Notes: generated by a model not told the origin, from the letters alone. 64,000 bases of DNA from an uncultured Verrucomicrobia subdivision 3 bacterium (GCA_903870815.1 CAIQEI010000066.1:5584-69583); one strand, 5' to 3'; numbered from the stretch's first letter, positions 9,664 to 19,158 are shown. Translations and numbers: made by a program.

Positions 9664-9807
9664 CCGGATAAGCTGAAAGACTACGATTGCGCCGTCAAAA
9701 CAATTGTCATGAGGAATGCCACCTTGCCGCCGGCGGGCCGATAGGCGAACGCCCACTCCGGCGTTGGGGGTCCAGCCTCTATCTCATGGTTATCTATCAG
9801 CACCCGA

Positions 9808-10293
9808 TTAATCCCGGAAGTTCACAAATTGGACGGCCACGGGAAACTCGTGGGTGCGCACCGCGGCGATGACGGTCTGCAGTTCGTCGCGGCTCTTGCC
9901 GTTTACACGCACCTCGTCGCCTTGGATCTGGGTCGTGACCTTGAACTTGCCGTCGCGGATGAAGCCGGTGATCTCCTTGGCCACGGCGCTTTCGATGCCC
10001 AGCTTGATCTTGATGCTCTGGCGCGCGTGACCGAGCGGAGAAACGTCCGGGTCACACTGCTCCAGGCTCTTGAGGCTGATGCCGCGCTTGGCGAGCCGAC
10101 CGATGACGATCTCGTTCAAAGTAGCCACCTTGTACTCGTTGTCGGCGGAGAGCTTGATCTCGGCCTTCTCCAGCGCAATCTCCCACTGGCTGCCTTTGAA
10201 ATCGAAGCGATTGGCCAGCTCCTTGCGGGCCTGGTTGACGGCGTTCTCAATCTCCATGGAGTTGACCTGCGAAACAATGTCGAATGAAGGCAT
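9808..10293 (-). CDS. yajQ: YajQ-family nucleotide (c-di-GMP)-binding protein
   Basis: MPSFDIVSQVNSMEIENAVNQARKELANRFDFKGS... Start at internal Met of ORF 9808..10365. Confidence 0.9.
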   Translation of the reverse strand: MPSFDIVSQVNSMEIENAVNQARKELANRFDFKGSQWEIALEKAEIKLSADNEYKVATLNEIVIGRLAKRGISLKSLEQCDPDVSPLGHARQSIKIKLGIESAVAKEITGFIRDGKFKVTTQIQGDEVRVNGKSRDELQTVIAAVRTHEFPVAVQFVNFRD

Positions 10294-10508
10294 GATGAAT
10301 TCACGATTTCCGATTTTTCGCGCGGGGGCAAATCTTAAATGACGCCAAACTTTATCGATGGTCACTGTATATTACCGGGCCGGCAAATTTCAAGCACACC
10401 GGGCGCATCCAAATGAATCAAGGGCGGTCAAACCAAAGTGAGCGGCGCCGGTTGGTCCGGGTCATCTTTTGCTCGACAAGCGGCTTTGGCGGTTGCAATG
10501 TTCAAGGC

Positions 10509-11102
10509 ATGAAACGGCATGGCCAGCAGTCAATGATTTCAGCTAGATCAACCCTGGCGGGGCATATCCGCGCCCTCCTTGCCGGAGTCATTTTTTTGGC
10601 CGCCTCGCTGCCGTTGTTGGCCGACGACACCGCCACGGCCTACGCCAACTGGGTCAAACCATGGACGGAGCGGCCCATCACCAGCCCGGCGCTAAACGGA
10701 GCGGGCCTGAAGCTGGTTGTCAGTTGCGTGCGGGGCGAAACGAACGCGGCGGCGGTAAAAGCGATGTCGCCCGTGGAGCGCCTGGACCTCGCCTACCACA
10801 TCCGCGTGTCCGCCACCGAGCTGGCCACCAACGGCGGTTTCCGCAGCTACCTCGTCAACAACACCACCGCCAAAACCAGCACGACCGCCTGGCTGACGCC
10901 GAACGAATTGTGGCAGGTGGACCAATTGCTCTCCATCCTGCCGGATGATCACGGACAGCTGCCACCGCCCGGCATGCGGATCGTGTTTCAGTTTCTGGCG
11001 GACGGCCAGTGGCACGTCCATGTCTATGACGGAAACGATCTCCCGGCGGAAGCGCACTCCATCCTGAGCCTCCTCGCAAAACCCTACGGCAAGCTGTTTT
11101 AA
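10509..11102 (+). CDS. Hypothetical secreted protein
   Basis: Start placed at MKRHGQQ. Signal-peptide-like LLAGVIFLAASLPLLADD. No recognised family. Confidence 0.55.
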   Translation: MKRHGQQSMISARSTLAGHIRALLAGVIFLAASLPLLADDTATAYANWVKPWTERPITSPALNGAGLKLVVSCVRGETNAAAVKAMSPVERLDLAYHIRVSATELATNGGFRSYLVNNTTAKTSTTAWLTPNELWQVDQLLSILPDDHGQLPPPGMRIVFQFLADGQWHVHVYDGNDLPAEAHSILSLLAKPYGKLF

Positions 11103-12010
11103 AGGATCTGCCGCCGCGCCGGCGCGGGGTGGGTGAGTTTCAGGATCCAACGTCCGCGATGGGTCTTGAGCTTTATATTTGCCTCAAAAGCGCGGGATAA
11201 ATTTTTTACCGTCATCGCGGCCGCCTTCCGTCCCGAGGCCAGTACGCCGCCATTTTTCAAAATCAGAACGTGCGAGAACACCGGCATCATCTCTTCAACG
11301 TGATGCGTCACCAAGATCAGCGTGGGGGAATCCTTTTGCGTACCGAGACGCTGGAGAAATTGCAGGAAATGTTCGCGTGCGGCAGGATCGAGACCGGCGC
11401 ACGGCTCGTCGAGGATCAGCACGCGCGGCTCCGCCATCAGCGCGCGGCCGATAAGGACGCGCTGGCGTTCGCCCTGCGAAAGCACGCCCCATGGCCGCAT
11501 CGCGAGCTGGGCACATTCGACTTGTTTCAACAAATCCAACGCCTTGGCTTGATCGATTCGGCCCAACGGCCCCCGGAGATTGATCATCGCGAATTTGCCG
11601 CTGGCGACGGTTGCCAGCGCCGGTTCATCACCGGACATCATCTGGCGCACGGACGAGCTGACGAGGCCGATTTGCTGGCGCAGTACCCGCCAGTCGGACT
11701 GGCCATAGGTCTTGCCGAGCACGCAAAGTTCGCCGGCCGTGGGCATCAGATAACCGGTCAGCGCACTCAGCAGGGAAGTTTTGCCGGAACCGTTCGCGCC
11801 GAGGATGACCCAGTGCTGGCCGCGGGCCACGCACCAATTCACGTCGCGCAAAATCATCGTGCCGCCGCGTTCAATGCGGAGACCGGTCACTGACAAAACG
11901 GGTTGGGATGTTTTCAAAACAGCTGAACCACGAAATACACGAATCACACGAAAAGCGACATGGAAAAAATTGCCCCGGCGAGGTGTGAACGCCGATAGCG
12001 AGACGGTCAT
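11099..12010 (-). CDS. ABC transporter ATP-binding protein (stand-alone ATPase)
   Basis: Walker A GANGSGKTS, signature LSQGERQR, Walker B LILDEP. Start is uncertain: the 5' end overlaps a 9-bp x3 repeat, and a TTG at 11917 (MKTSQPVLSVTGL) is a plausible true start. Confidence 0.85.
   Translation of the reverse strand: MTVSLSAFTPRRGNFFHVAFRVIRVFRGSAVLKTSQPVLSVTGLRIERGGTMILRDVNWCVARGQHWVILGANGSGKTSLLSALTGYLMPTAGELCVLGKTYGQSDWRVLRQQIGLVSSSVRQMMSGDEPALATVASGKFAMINLRGPLGRIDQAKALDLLKQVECAQLAMRPWGVLSQGERQRVLIGRALMAEPRVLILDEPCAGLDPAAREHFLQFLQRLGTQKDSPTLILVTHHVEEMMPVFSHVLILKNGGVLASGRKAAAMTVKNLSRAFEANIKLKTHRGRWILKLTHPAPARRQIL
11929..11955. repeat. Tandem 9-bp CACGAAWNN x3 word array
   Basis: cacgaaata cacgaatca cacgaaaag. 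The same cacgaat word occurs singly at 3122-3128 and 21428-21434. Confidence 0.7.
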
Positions 12011-12044
12011 AGGCCGCCGCTGCAATTGCCGCTCGTGGTTCGGA

Positions 12045-12548
12045 TTAAAGGGCTTCAATCTGCGACCACAGTGGCTTTAAGTCGTCGTCGGCCAAGGCCA
12101 TTTTCTTGATTGCGTCCGGCTTGCCGGCCTTCAGCGCGCGCTTCAGCCATGACTTTGCGACGTCGAGCTGCTGCATCTGGCAAGCGTAGCACGAAAGGTT
12201 ATAGGCGATGACCGGTTCCCGGGGAAATTTTTCCGCCGCCGGCAGCAGCGCGTCCCACGCTTGCGGCAAACCGCCGGCGCGCACGCGGCGCAGCGCATAC
12301 GCACGATGCAACCAGCCACCGGCATCGCCCGGCACGGTTTGCACTTCCAGCTCCGCGACGTTCAGTGCGGCGTCCCAGTGCTTATCGTGGGCGCAAATCG
12401 TCCAGCGCACCTCGAGCACGTCGGGATGCAGCTGGTTCACGGCGGAGATGTGCTCCAACTCCGCGCGCGCATCCCCGGCGCAGCCCAGCCCCAGCCAGCC
12501 AATGGCCGCGTCGAGGTGGTGCGAGTCGGGCGGTTTGAGCGTTTGCAC
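12045..12548 (-). CDS. TPR-like repeat protein
   Basis: 167 aa, helical repeat character (AYALRRVRAGGLPQAWDALL..., AYNLSCYACQMQQLDVAKSWLKRAL). Confidence 0.6.
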   Translation of the reverse strand: MQTLKPPDSHHLDAAIGWLGLGCAGDARAELEHISAVNQLHPDVLEVRWTICAHDKHWDAALNVAELEVQTVPGDAGGWLHRAYALRRVRAGGLPQAWDALLPAAEKFPREPVIAYNLSCYACQMQQLDVAKSWLKRALKAGKPDAIKKMALADDDLKPLWSQIEAL

Positions 12549-12621
12549 GAACTCAGCATCGTTACCGCGCGGACGGTGTCAAGCCATTGGCAAGCGGCGG
12601 GAAAAAGGTTAGTATGGCGGC

Positions 12622-13398
12622 ATGATGAGATTATTGCTCCCGCTGCTCGTGGCGGCCGGCGTGACTTCCGCCGAGGCCAAACTCGTGACCAAGACCATTG
12701 AATACCAACAAGGCGACACAACGCTGGAAGGGTACCTCGCCTATGACGATGCCTTCGCGGGCAAGCGGCCGGGGGTGCTGGTCGTTCACCAGTGGATGGG
12801 CCTGACCGATTATGAAGAGAACCGCGCCGTGATGCTGGCGAACCTCGGCTACGTGGCGTTCTGCGCGGATATCTACGGCAAGGGCATCCGCCCGCAGAAT
12901 TACAAGGACGCCGGAGCCGAAGCCACGAAATACAAGACCGACCGCGCGCTGCTCCGGCGACGCGTCCATGCCGCGCTGGCGGAACTGAAGCAATCCGAGC
13001 TGGTGGACACGAACCGCATCGCCGCCATCGGCTATTGTTTTGGCGGCACGACGGTGATTGAGCTGGCGCGCAGCGGCGCGGCGCTGAACGGCATCGTCAG
13101 CTTTCACGGCGGGCTCGATTCGCCAGCGCCAGCCGACGGCAAGAACATCCAATGCAAGGTGCTCGTATGCCACGGGGCGGATGATCCGTTCGAGAAGCCG
13201 GAGGATTTGACGGCCTTTGAAAGCGAGATGCGCGCCGCCAACGTGGACTGGCGCCTCATCCTGTACGGCGGGGCGGTCCACAGCTTCACCCAGCCGATGG
13301 CCGACGGCAGCCTGCTCGGCGCAAAATACAACGAGCGCGCGGACAAGCGTTCGTGGCAGGACATGAAGCAATTCTTTGCGGAGATATTCAATAATTAA
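12622..13398 (+). CDS. Dienelactone hydrolase family protein (secreted)
   Basis: Signal peptide MMRLLLPLLVAAGVTSAEA, then GVLVVHQWMGL...IGYCFGG (nucleophile elbow)...HGADDP. Confidence 0.85.
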   Translation: MMRLLLPLLVAAGVTSAEAKLVTKTIEYQQGDTTLEGYLAYDDAFAGKRPGVLVVHQWMGLTDYEENRAVMLANLGYVAFCADIYGKGIRPQNYKDAGAEATKYKTDRALLRRRVHAALAELKQSELVDTNRIAAIGYCFGGTTVIELARSGAALNGIVSFHGGLDSPAPADGKNIQCKVLVCHGADDPFEKPEDLTAFESEMRAANVDWRLILYGGAVHSFTQPMADGSLLGAKYNERADKRSWQDMKQFFAEIFNN

Positions 13399-13477
13399 AA
13401 CAGATGGACAAGTAGCTCGAGTCCTAAATCTCAAATTAAATGGGACTCGCGGAGCTCGTCCCTCCGAACATTAATTT

Positions 13478-14050
13478 ATGCGCATCACCGGCGGCAACGC
13501 GGCGCGACGGATTCTGAAAGTTCCGAAAGGACTCGATGTTCGCCCGACGCCGGATCTCGTCAAGCAGGCGGTCTTCAACTCGCTCGGCGAACGCGTCGTG
13601 GGGGCGCGGGTGCTGGAACTGTTTGCCGGCAGCGGCGCGCTAAGCCTGGAATGCCTGAGCCGGGGCGCGGCCGGCGTGCTGTGCATCGAGAAGTCGCATC
13701 GCCATGCGGAATTCATCCGCATCAATGCTTCGGCGGCCGGCTACGGCACGATTCTGGAAACGCGCACGCAGGATGTCTTTCCCGCGCTGAAGCAACTGGT
13801 GGAAAGCGGCCGGCAATTTGATTTGATTTTGGCCGACCCCCCTTACGGCGAGAAAAACGTGAACTGCCGCTCGACGTCATTCGCGCAGCAATTACTGGAC
13901 GACCCCTGTTTGCCGAAGCTGCTCGCACCCGGCGGACGGCTGGTGCTCGGCCATACGAAGCGCGACACGCTGGAACTGGTCGTCCCGTGGACCGAAGTGA
14001 AGCAGCTCAAACACGGTGACACCGTGATGCGGTTTGTTGAAATTTTGTAA
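13478..14050 (+). CDS. rsmD: 16S rRNA (guanine966-N2)-methyltransferase RsmD
   Basis: MRITGGNAARRILKVPKG..RPT.DLVKQAVFN, LELFAGSGALSLE, and DPPY motif (ILADPPYG). Confidence 0.9.
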   Translation: MRITGGNAARRILKVPKGLDVRPTPDLVKQAVFNSLGERVVGARVLELFAGSGALSLECLSRGAAGVLCIEKSHRHAEFIRINASAAGYGTILETRTQDVFPALKQLVESGRQFDLILADPPYGEKNVNCRSTSFAQQLLDDPCLPKLLAPGGRLVLGHTKRDTLELVVPWTEVKQLKHGDTVMRFVEIL

Positions 14051-14137
14051 AACCCGCAGTATCCGGTCATTGCGGTTGCCTTCGACGGTGCGAAAGCGGC
14101 GATGAATCGCCGGCGGTAAAGCGCCGCCGGTCAAATG

Positions 14138-15331
14138 TTATTCATCCGCCTCTTCGACGGCTTCGCGGATGCTCTGCTTGAATTTGTCCAAGCCCTGATC
14201 GAAGGCTGCGGAGATGGGCAGGAGCGGAACCTTTTTGATCTTCTTCTTGAACTGCTTCAGATTCTCCTCGGCGACGGCCTCATCCATCTTGTTGGCGACG
14301 ATGAGGCGCTCCTTTTCGAGCAGCACGGGGTCGTAAAGCTCCAGTTCTTTGAGCAGCTGCTTGTAATCGTCCCACGGCTTGCGGCCGTCGGTGCCGGCCA
14401 TGTCGAGCAGCAGCACCAGGATTTTGCAGCGCTCGATGTGGCGGAGAAATTCATGGCCGAGGCCGACGTTGTTGTGTGCGCCCTCGATGAGCCCCGGCAC
14501 GTCGCAGACGGTGAGCCGCTTCCAGTCCGTGTATTCCAGGATGCCGATCTGCGGTGTCAGCGTCGTGAACGGGTACGCGGCAATCTTCGGGCGGGCGCGG
14601 GAAATCGCGGTGAGCAGCGTGGATTTGCCGGCATTCGGATAACCGACCAGGCCGATCTCCGCCATGATGCGCAGTTCCAGAAGATATTCGCCCTCGGTGC
14701 CGGGTTCGCCCGGTTGCGCGAACCGCGGGGTCTGGTGGCGCGCGGTGGCGAAATTGCGGTTGCCCAGTCCGCCGCGTCCGCCCTTGGACAAGATAAACTG
14801 CTGGCCGTGCGTCGTGAGGTCGGCCACCAGCGTTCCCTTGTTTTCAATGCCATCCGGCGTTTCCCCGGAATCCTCCGGCTCTTTGCTCAGATCAATTTCC
14901 AGCGCTGACTTGCCCTGGGAGGTGCGAAACAGCGGGCGCTTGCCGGTGCTGGTGCCGAGGATCAAGTTCTCCGGTTCGGCTTCGTCCTCGTCGTCATCCC
15001 GGCGCATTTTCTTCTCAATCGGCGGCGTGGTGTCGGATAATTGCCAGACCAGCGTGCCGCAGGGGACTTTCACGATGAGGTCTTTGCCGGCGTGACCGTC
15101 CATGCCCTTGCCCATGCCCGCCTCGCCCGGCGGCGCGATCAGGCGCGGGACGTAATACTGCTGGATGAGATTGTTGAGGTCGTGGTCGGCCTGGAGGATG
15201 ACGCTGCCGCCGCGCCCGCCGTTGCCGCCGCTCGGCCCGCCCTTGGTGATGTAAGCCTCGCGATGGAACGCGACGCAGCCCTTGCCGCCGTGGCCGGCCT
15301 GCGCGTAGATTTTTATCTCGTCAATGAACAT
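14138..15331 (-). CDS. obg: GTPase Obg/CgtA
   Basis: MFIDEIKIYAQAGHGGKGCVAFHREAY..GGPSGGNGGRGG (Obg fold). G domain GYPNAGKSTLL, DVPGLIEGA, NKMD. Confidence 0.95.
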   Translation of the reverse strand: MFIDEIKIYAQAGHGGKGCVAFHREAYITKGGPSGGNGGRGGSVILQADHDLNNLIQQYYVPRLIAPPGEAGMGKGMDGHAGKDLIVKVPCGTLVWQLSDTTPPIEKKMRRDDDEDEAEPENLILGTSTGKRPLFRTSQGKSALEIDLSKEPEDSGETPDGIENKGTLVADLTTHGQQFILSKGGRGGLGNRNFATARHQTPRFAQPGEPGTEGEYLLELRIMAEIGLVGYPNAGKSTLLTAISRARPKIAAYPFTTLTPQIGILEYTDWKRLTVCDVPGLIEGAHNNVGLGHEFLRHIERCKILVLLLDMAGTDGRKPWDDYKQLLKELELYDPVLLEKERLIVANKMDEAVAEENLKQFKKKIKKVPLLPISAAFDQGLDKFKQSIREAVEEADE

Positions 15332-15404
15332 GAAATGGGTGTGTCGTTAAATGGTCGAATCGCCGAGCCGGCTTAACTATTCGCGATTCAATCCCTTTAC
15401 GGCA

Positions 15405-15434
15405 ATAAAAAAGGCGAGGCGTTTGGCCTCGCCT
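15405..15434 (-). terminator. Rho-independent terminator after rpmA
   Basis: Minus-strand stem aggcgaggc/gcctcgcct (15412-15420 / 15426-15434), followed by a T-run (ttttttat). Confidence 0.7.
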
Positions 15435-15451
15435 GAAAACGATTGCCCGCC

Positions 15452-15712
15452 TTAATTCTTGGCCGCCGTTTCGGCGACAATGTTGATGCGGCGGCTGTTC
15501 TTGTCGAACAAAACCTTGCCGTCGGTGAGCGCGAACAGGGTCCAGTCGCGGCCGGTGCCGACGTTCTTGCCCGCGATAAATTTGCTGCCGCGCTGGCGGA
15601 CGAGGATGCTGCCGGCGGTAACGAACGTTCCGCCAAATTCTTTCATCCCCAGCCGTTTGCTGACGCTGTCGCGTCCATTCTTGACGCTGCCTTGACCTTT
15701 TTTATGTGCCAT
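15452..15712 (-). CDS. rpmA: 50S ribosomal protein L27
   Basis: [24 protein letters not shown]... Confidence 0.97.
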   Translation of the reverse strand: MAHKKGQGSVKNGRDSVSKRLGMKEFGGTFVTAGSILVRQRGSKFIAGKNVGTGRDWTLFALTDGKVLFDKNSRRINIVAETAAKN

Positions 15713-15718
15713 AAAATG

Positions 15719-16030
15719 TTAAGCGTTGATCGCGGTGATTTTGACAACCGTCAGTTCCTGACGATGGCCGATGGTCTTGTGATAGCCCTTGCGGCGTTTC
15801 ATCTTGAAGGTCAGCTTGTGCTCGCCGCGCTTGTGGGCGACGACATCCGCGACGACGGTGGCCCCGGCGACCGTGGGCGCGCCGACGGAAAGCTTGCCGT
15901 CGTTGTTGACGAGCAGCACGCGGTCAAAGGTGACCGGCTTGCCCGCCTCGGTTTCAAGGCGTTCGATTTCGAGCTGGTCGCCGGCGGCGACGCGATACTG
16001 TTTGCTACCTGTTTCTAAAACGGCGTACAT
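15719..16030 (-). CDS. rplU: 50S ribosomal protein L21
   Basis: MYAVLETGSKQYRVAAGDQLEIERL... Start at internal Met of ORF 15719..16075. Confidence 0.95.
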   Translation of the reverse strand: MYAVLETGSKQYRVAAGDQLEIERLETEAGKPVTFDRVLLVNNDGKLSVGAPTVAGATVVADVVAHKRGEHKLTFKMKRRKGYHKTIGHRQELTVVKITAINA

Positions 16031-16054
16031 AAATTTTCCCGCAAAGGGTCGGGA

Positions 16055-16082
16055 ATTAAACCAGATTTCGGGCAAGTGTCAA
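16055..16082 (-). promoter_or_regulatory. Sigma70-like promoter for rplU-rpmA
   Basis: On the minus strand: TTGACA (16077-16082), 16-bp spacer, TTTAAT (16055-16060). Sits about 25 nt upstream of the rplU ATG. Confidence 0.45.
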
Positions 16083-16174
16083 CGCCTCTTTTTTACATAA
16101 ACTGATTGGCCAAATCTGGCGGATCGGGGGAAGGCCAGCGAAACCGGAAGTTCAAGGGGCGGTACCAGTCTCCC

Positions 16175-16214
16175 AAAAACAACCCCCCGGCCCGCAATCA
16201 CAGGCCGGGGGGTT
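16175..16214 (-). terminator. Rho-independent terminator after the MFS transporter gene
   Basis: Perfect 12-bp stem aaccccccggcc (16181-16192) / ggccggggggtt (16203-16214). On the minus strand it is followed by gttttt. Confidence 0.75.
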
Positions 16215-16241
16215 TGTCAGTGGAATTAAATCCTGATAATT

Positions 16242-18038
16242 TCAGGCCGAGACCACGCTGTCGCGGGATTCCAATTTCTTCCAGAACAGGCCGTAGATCA
16301 TAATCAAGGCGAAGCAGATCAACGGCATGAGGAAGCCGATGCGCATGCCCCATTGGTCGGCCAACCAGCCCATGAACAGCGGCATGATGGCGCCACCGAC
16401 GATGGCCATGACGATGAATGACGCACCTCGCTTGGTCTGCTCACCCAGCCCGTGGATGCCCAGCGCAAAGATGGTCGGATACATGATGGACATGAAGAAA
16501 AAGCTCAGGAACAGGCCCGCGACCGACCACCACCCCAGCGGAAACATGATCAGAACCATCATCAGCACGTTGATAACGGCATACAAGGCCAGCATCATAT
16601 GCGCCTTGAACAAGCGCAAAGCAAAGCTGCCGGTGAACCGGCCCAGCAGGAACAACGCGAAGCCGCCGAACGACAGCAGGACGGAGGCGCCGCGGTCCGT
16701 GACGTGGTACAGGGGCGCATTCAGATAGGCGCTGCGGGCGACTTGATCAGCCGAGTAGGCATCCTCCAGCAGGCCGCGGTTTAGGCGAACCAGTTGCTCG
16801 CCCGACGGTTCTTTTGCGGCCAGGCCAGCGGTTTCGGCCGGCAAGGTTATGCCGGCAAAGCGCGGCGCATCGAAGAGCAGGTTGGTTTGAACCAGCCGGT
16901 TCAGATCCTTGACCACACCTTCAGCCTGATTTTTGACCAGTTCCGCCGGAGTGGACATGGTGGCGGTGGCCGTGCCATTGGTCAGCAAAGCCAGCGTGTT
17001 GGTGGATAGCTGGCTCCAGACGAATTCCGAGACCGGCCGCGTTTTGGCGTCCGGGTCGTTTTGCAACTTGGCGGCGAAGGCGGAAACATTCTTGAGGTCA
17101 CCCGCGGAAAACATGGCCGCCGGGTAAGTCATGTGGGCGGGCGGGAGCCGGAACACATTATGCAGAACATCGGCGCCGCCTTGCAGTTTGCCGGCCATGG
17201 ACTGGCTTAACACCGGGGTATCGGTGGCAATGTAATTGACGAAATAACTGAACACGCCGGTCTGCCCCGCGCAGTAGAAAAACTGCGCCGCAATGGCCAG
17301 AATGAAATGCCAGCGTTTGAACAGGGGTTTTACCGCCGCCTTAGTGGTGCCATCCGGCACCTTGCATTCCTCCTCGGCGTGGAAATCCGGCACCTTGGAA
17401 AAAATGAAAACCAGCGTCAGCAGCGAGACCACCAGGCCGACAATCAGATAGGGTTTGTAGAGGTCGGCGTTACTGGTGTTGGCCTCGCCGGTGGCCGACA
17501 GCACAAAGAAGCCACCCAGCACCGGACCGACCATCCAACCGACGCCATTGCCGCTCTGGGCGAAGTTGATGCGCACGGCGCTGGATTCCGGCGGACCGAG
17601 GACCGTGGTATAGGGATTGCACACCGTTTCCAGGCACGTCAGGCCCACCGCCAGGATGAAAAGCCCCAGCAAAAACGCCCAGTAAGTGCCGATGTGCGTG
17701 GCCGGAATGAACCATAGCGAACCGACGGCCACCAGCGCCAGGCCGATGATGATGGCTCCCTTGTAGCCATAGCGCCGGGCCAGCATGCCGGACGGCAGCG
17801 CCATGAAAAAATAACCCATGTAGTTGGCAAACTGCACAAACGCCGACTGCGCCCGGCTGATGTGGAGCGAGTCCTGAAAGTGCTTGTTTAAGACATCGAT
17901 CATGCCGTTGCAAACGCCCCAGAGCAGAAACAGCGAGGTGATGAGCAAAAAGAGGAAGGCGTGGTTTTTGCCGTCGGCGGTGCGGAACAGACCCGCGCCT
18001 TTGGCGCCGGATTTGGAGGTAGGAACAGGTGTGATCAT
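16242..18038 (-). CDS. Sugar MFS transporter, FucP-like, with a large hydrophilic insertion
   Basis: N-terminal half matches the FucP pattern (FLLWGVCNGMIDVLNKHFQDSL..SAFVQFANYMGYFFMALPSG). 598 aa versus about 430-440 for FucP. Confidence 0.85.
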   Translation of the reverse strand: MITPVPTSKSGAKGAGLFRTADGKNHAFLFLLITSLFLLWGVCNGMIDVLNKHFQDSLHISRAQSAFVQFANYMGYFFMALPSGMLARRYGYKGAIIIGLALVAVGSLWFIPATHIGTYWAFLLGLFILAVGLTCLETVCNPYTTVLGPPESSAVRINFAQSGNGVGWMVGPVLGGFFVLSATGEANTSNADLYKPYLIVGLVVSLLTLVFIFSKVPDFHAEEECKVPDGTTKAAVKPLFKRWHFILAIAAQFFYCAGQTGVFSYFVNYIATDTPVLSQSMAGKLQGGADVLHNVFRLPPAHMTYPAAMFSAGDLKNVSAFAAKLQNDPDAKTRPVSEFVWSQLSTNTLALLTNGTATATMSTPAELVKNQAEGVVKDLNRLVQTNLLFDAPRFAGITLPAETAGLAAKEPSGEQLVRLNRGLLEDAYSADQVARSAYLNAPLYHVTDRGASVLLSFGGFALFLLGRFTGSFALRLFKAHMMLALYAVINVLMMVLIMFPLGWWSVAGLFLSFFFMSIMYPTIFALGIHGLGEQTKRGASFIVMAIVGGAIMPLFMGWLADQWGMRIGFLMPLICFALIMIYGLFWKKLESRDSVVSA

Positions 18039-18214
18039 GTTTTTTGGGTGCTAAGTTGGCAAGGTGTTATTTGAATTTTACGCGCGGGTCAAGTTTCAAT
18101 TATGCACCAAACGCTTTGCCCGCGCTGCAGCTTAAGCAGCATACCGCAAGCGAACGCCTTCAGCACCGGTGGATGGCAGGTTGCACTTCAACCCGCACCC
18201 GCTAGGATGTCGGC

Positions 18215-19129
18215 ATGTCCGACGGCTACCGGCAACTGCTCGACGCGACGATCCAGCACCTTGAAGGGCTGAAATCGCGCGGCGTCCGCCATGTCGCCAT
18301 AACGCCGGAGACTTTGCGCGCGCTGGCGCTGCCAGCGGCGAAATTTCCAGTTTCTAATTTCCCATCGCCATTTTCGAAGGTGGCTGCGCCATCTGTCATT
18401 AAAACCGAACCCGCCATTTCCATGCCGCCCAAGAAAACCGCTGCCCCCGCGCCCAAACCCCAATCACTTGGCGCCAATCCCCTGCCAGACATTACCAGCG
18501 CCTCGCCGGAAAAGGCGGCGGCATTCACCGCGTTGCGCGAACGGGCGCTGGCGTGCGTGAAATGCCCGCACCTGGCGGCCTCGCGAAAAAGTGTCGTGTT
18601 CGGCGTGGGCAGCATTGACGCGCGGTTGATGTTCGTCGGCGAAGCGCCGGGCGCGGATGAAGACGAGCAGGGCGAGCCATTCGTGGGTCGCGCCGGGCAG
18701 TTGCTCACGAAAATCATCCTGGCCACCGGCCTTTCGCGCGCGGATGTTTACATCGCCAACATCTTGAAATGCCGGCCAGATACACCCGGCCAGTCTGCCG
18801 GCAACCGTCCCCCCACGCCGGAAGAGCGCGCGACGTGCATTCCGTATTTGCAGGAGCAGATCGATTTGATCAAGCCTGCGGCCATTGTGGCGCTCGGCGC
18901 GACGGCGGTGGATGGATTGCTCGGCAAGACGCTGGGCATTACGAAGCTGCGCGGCAACTGGCAGATGTATCGCGGCATCCCGCTCATGCCAACCTATCAT
19001 CCCGCCTATCTGCTGCGCAATCAGGCGATGAGCGAAAAACGTAAGGTCTGGGAGGACATTTTGCAGGTGATGGAAAAGCTCGAAATGCCGATCAGCACGA
19101 AGCAGCGGAATTTCTTTTTGCCGGCGTGA
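18215..19129 (+). CDS. Uracil-DNA glycosylase, family 4, with N-terminal extension
   Basis: CVKCPHLAASRKSVVFGVGSIDARLMFVGEAPGADEDEQGEPFVGRAGQLL...HPAYLLRN. Confidence 0.9.
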   Translation: MSDGYRQLLDATIQHLEGLKSRGVRHVAITPETLRALALPAAKFPVSNFPSPFSKVAAPSVIKTEPAISMPPKKTAAPAPKPQSLGANPLPDITSASPEKAAAFTALRERALACVKCPHLAASRKSVVFGVGSIDARLMFVGEAPGADEDEQGEPFVGRAGQLLTKIILATGLSRADVYIANILKCRPDTPGQSAGNRPPTPEERATCIPYLQEQIDLIKPAAIVALGATAVDGLLGKTLGITKLRGNWQMYRGIPLMPTYHPAYLLRNQAMSEKRKVWEDILQVMEKLEMPISTKQRNFFLPA

Positions 19130-19158
19130 AAACACCGGGTGCCATCTGATATGATAAT

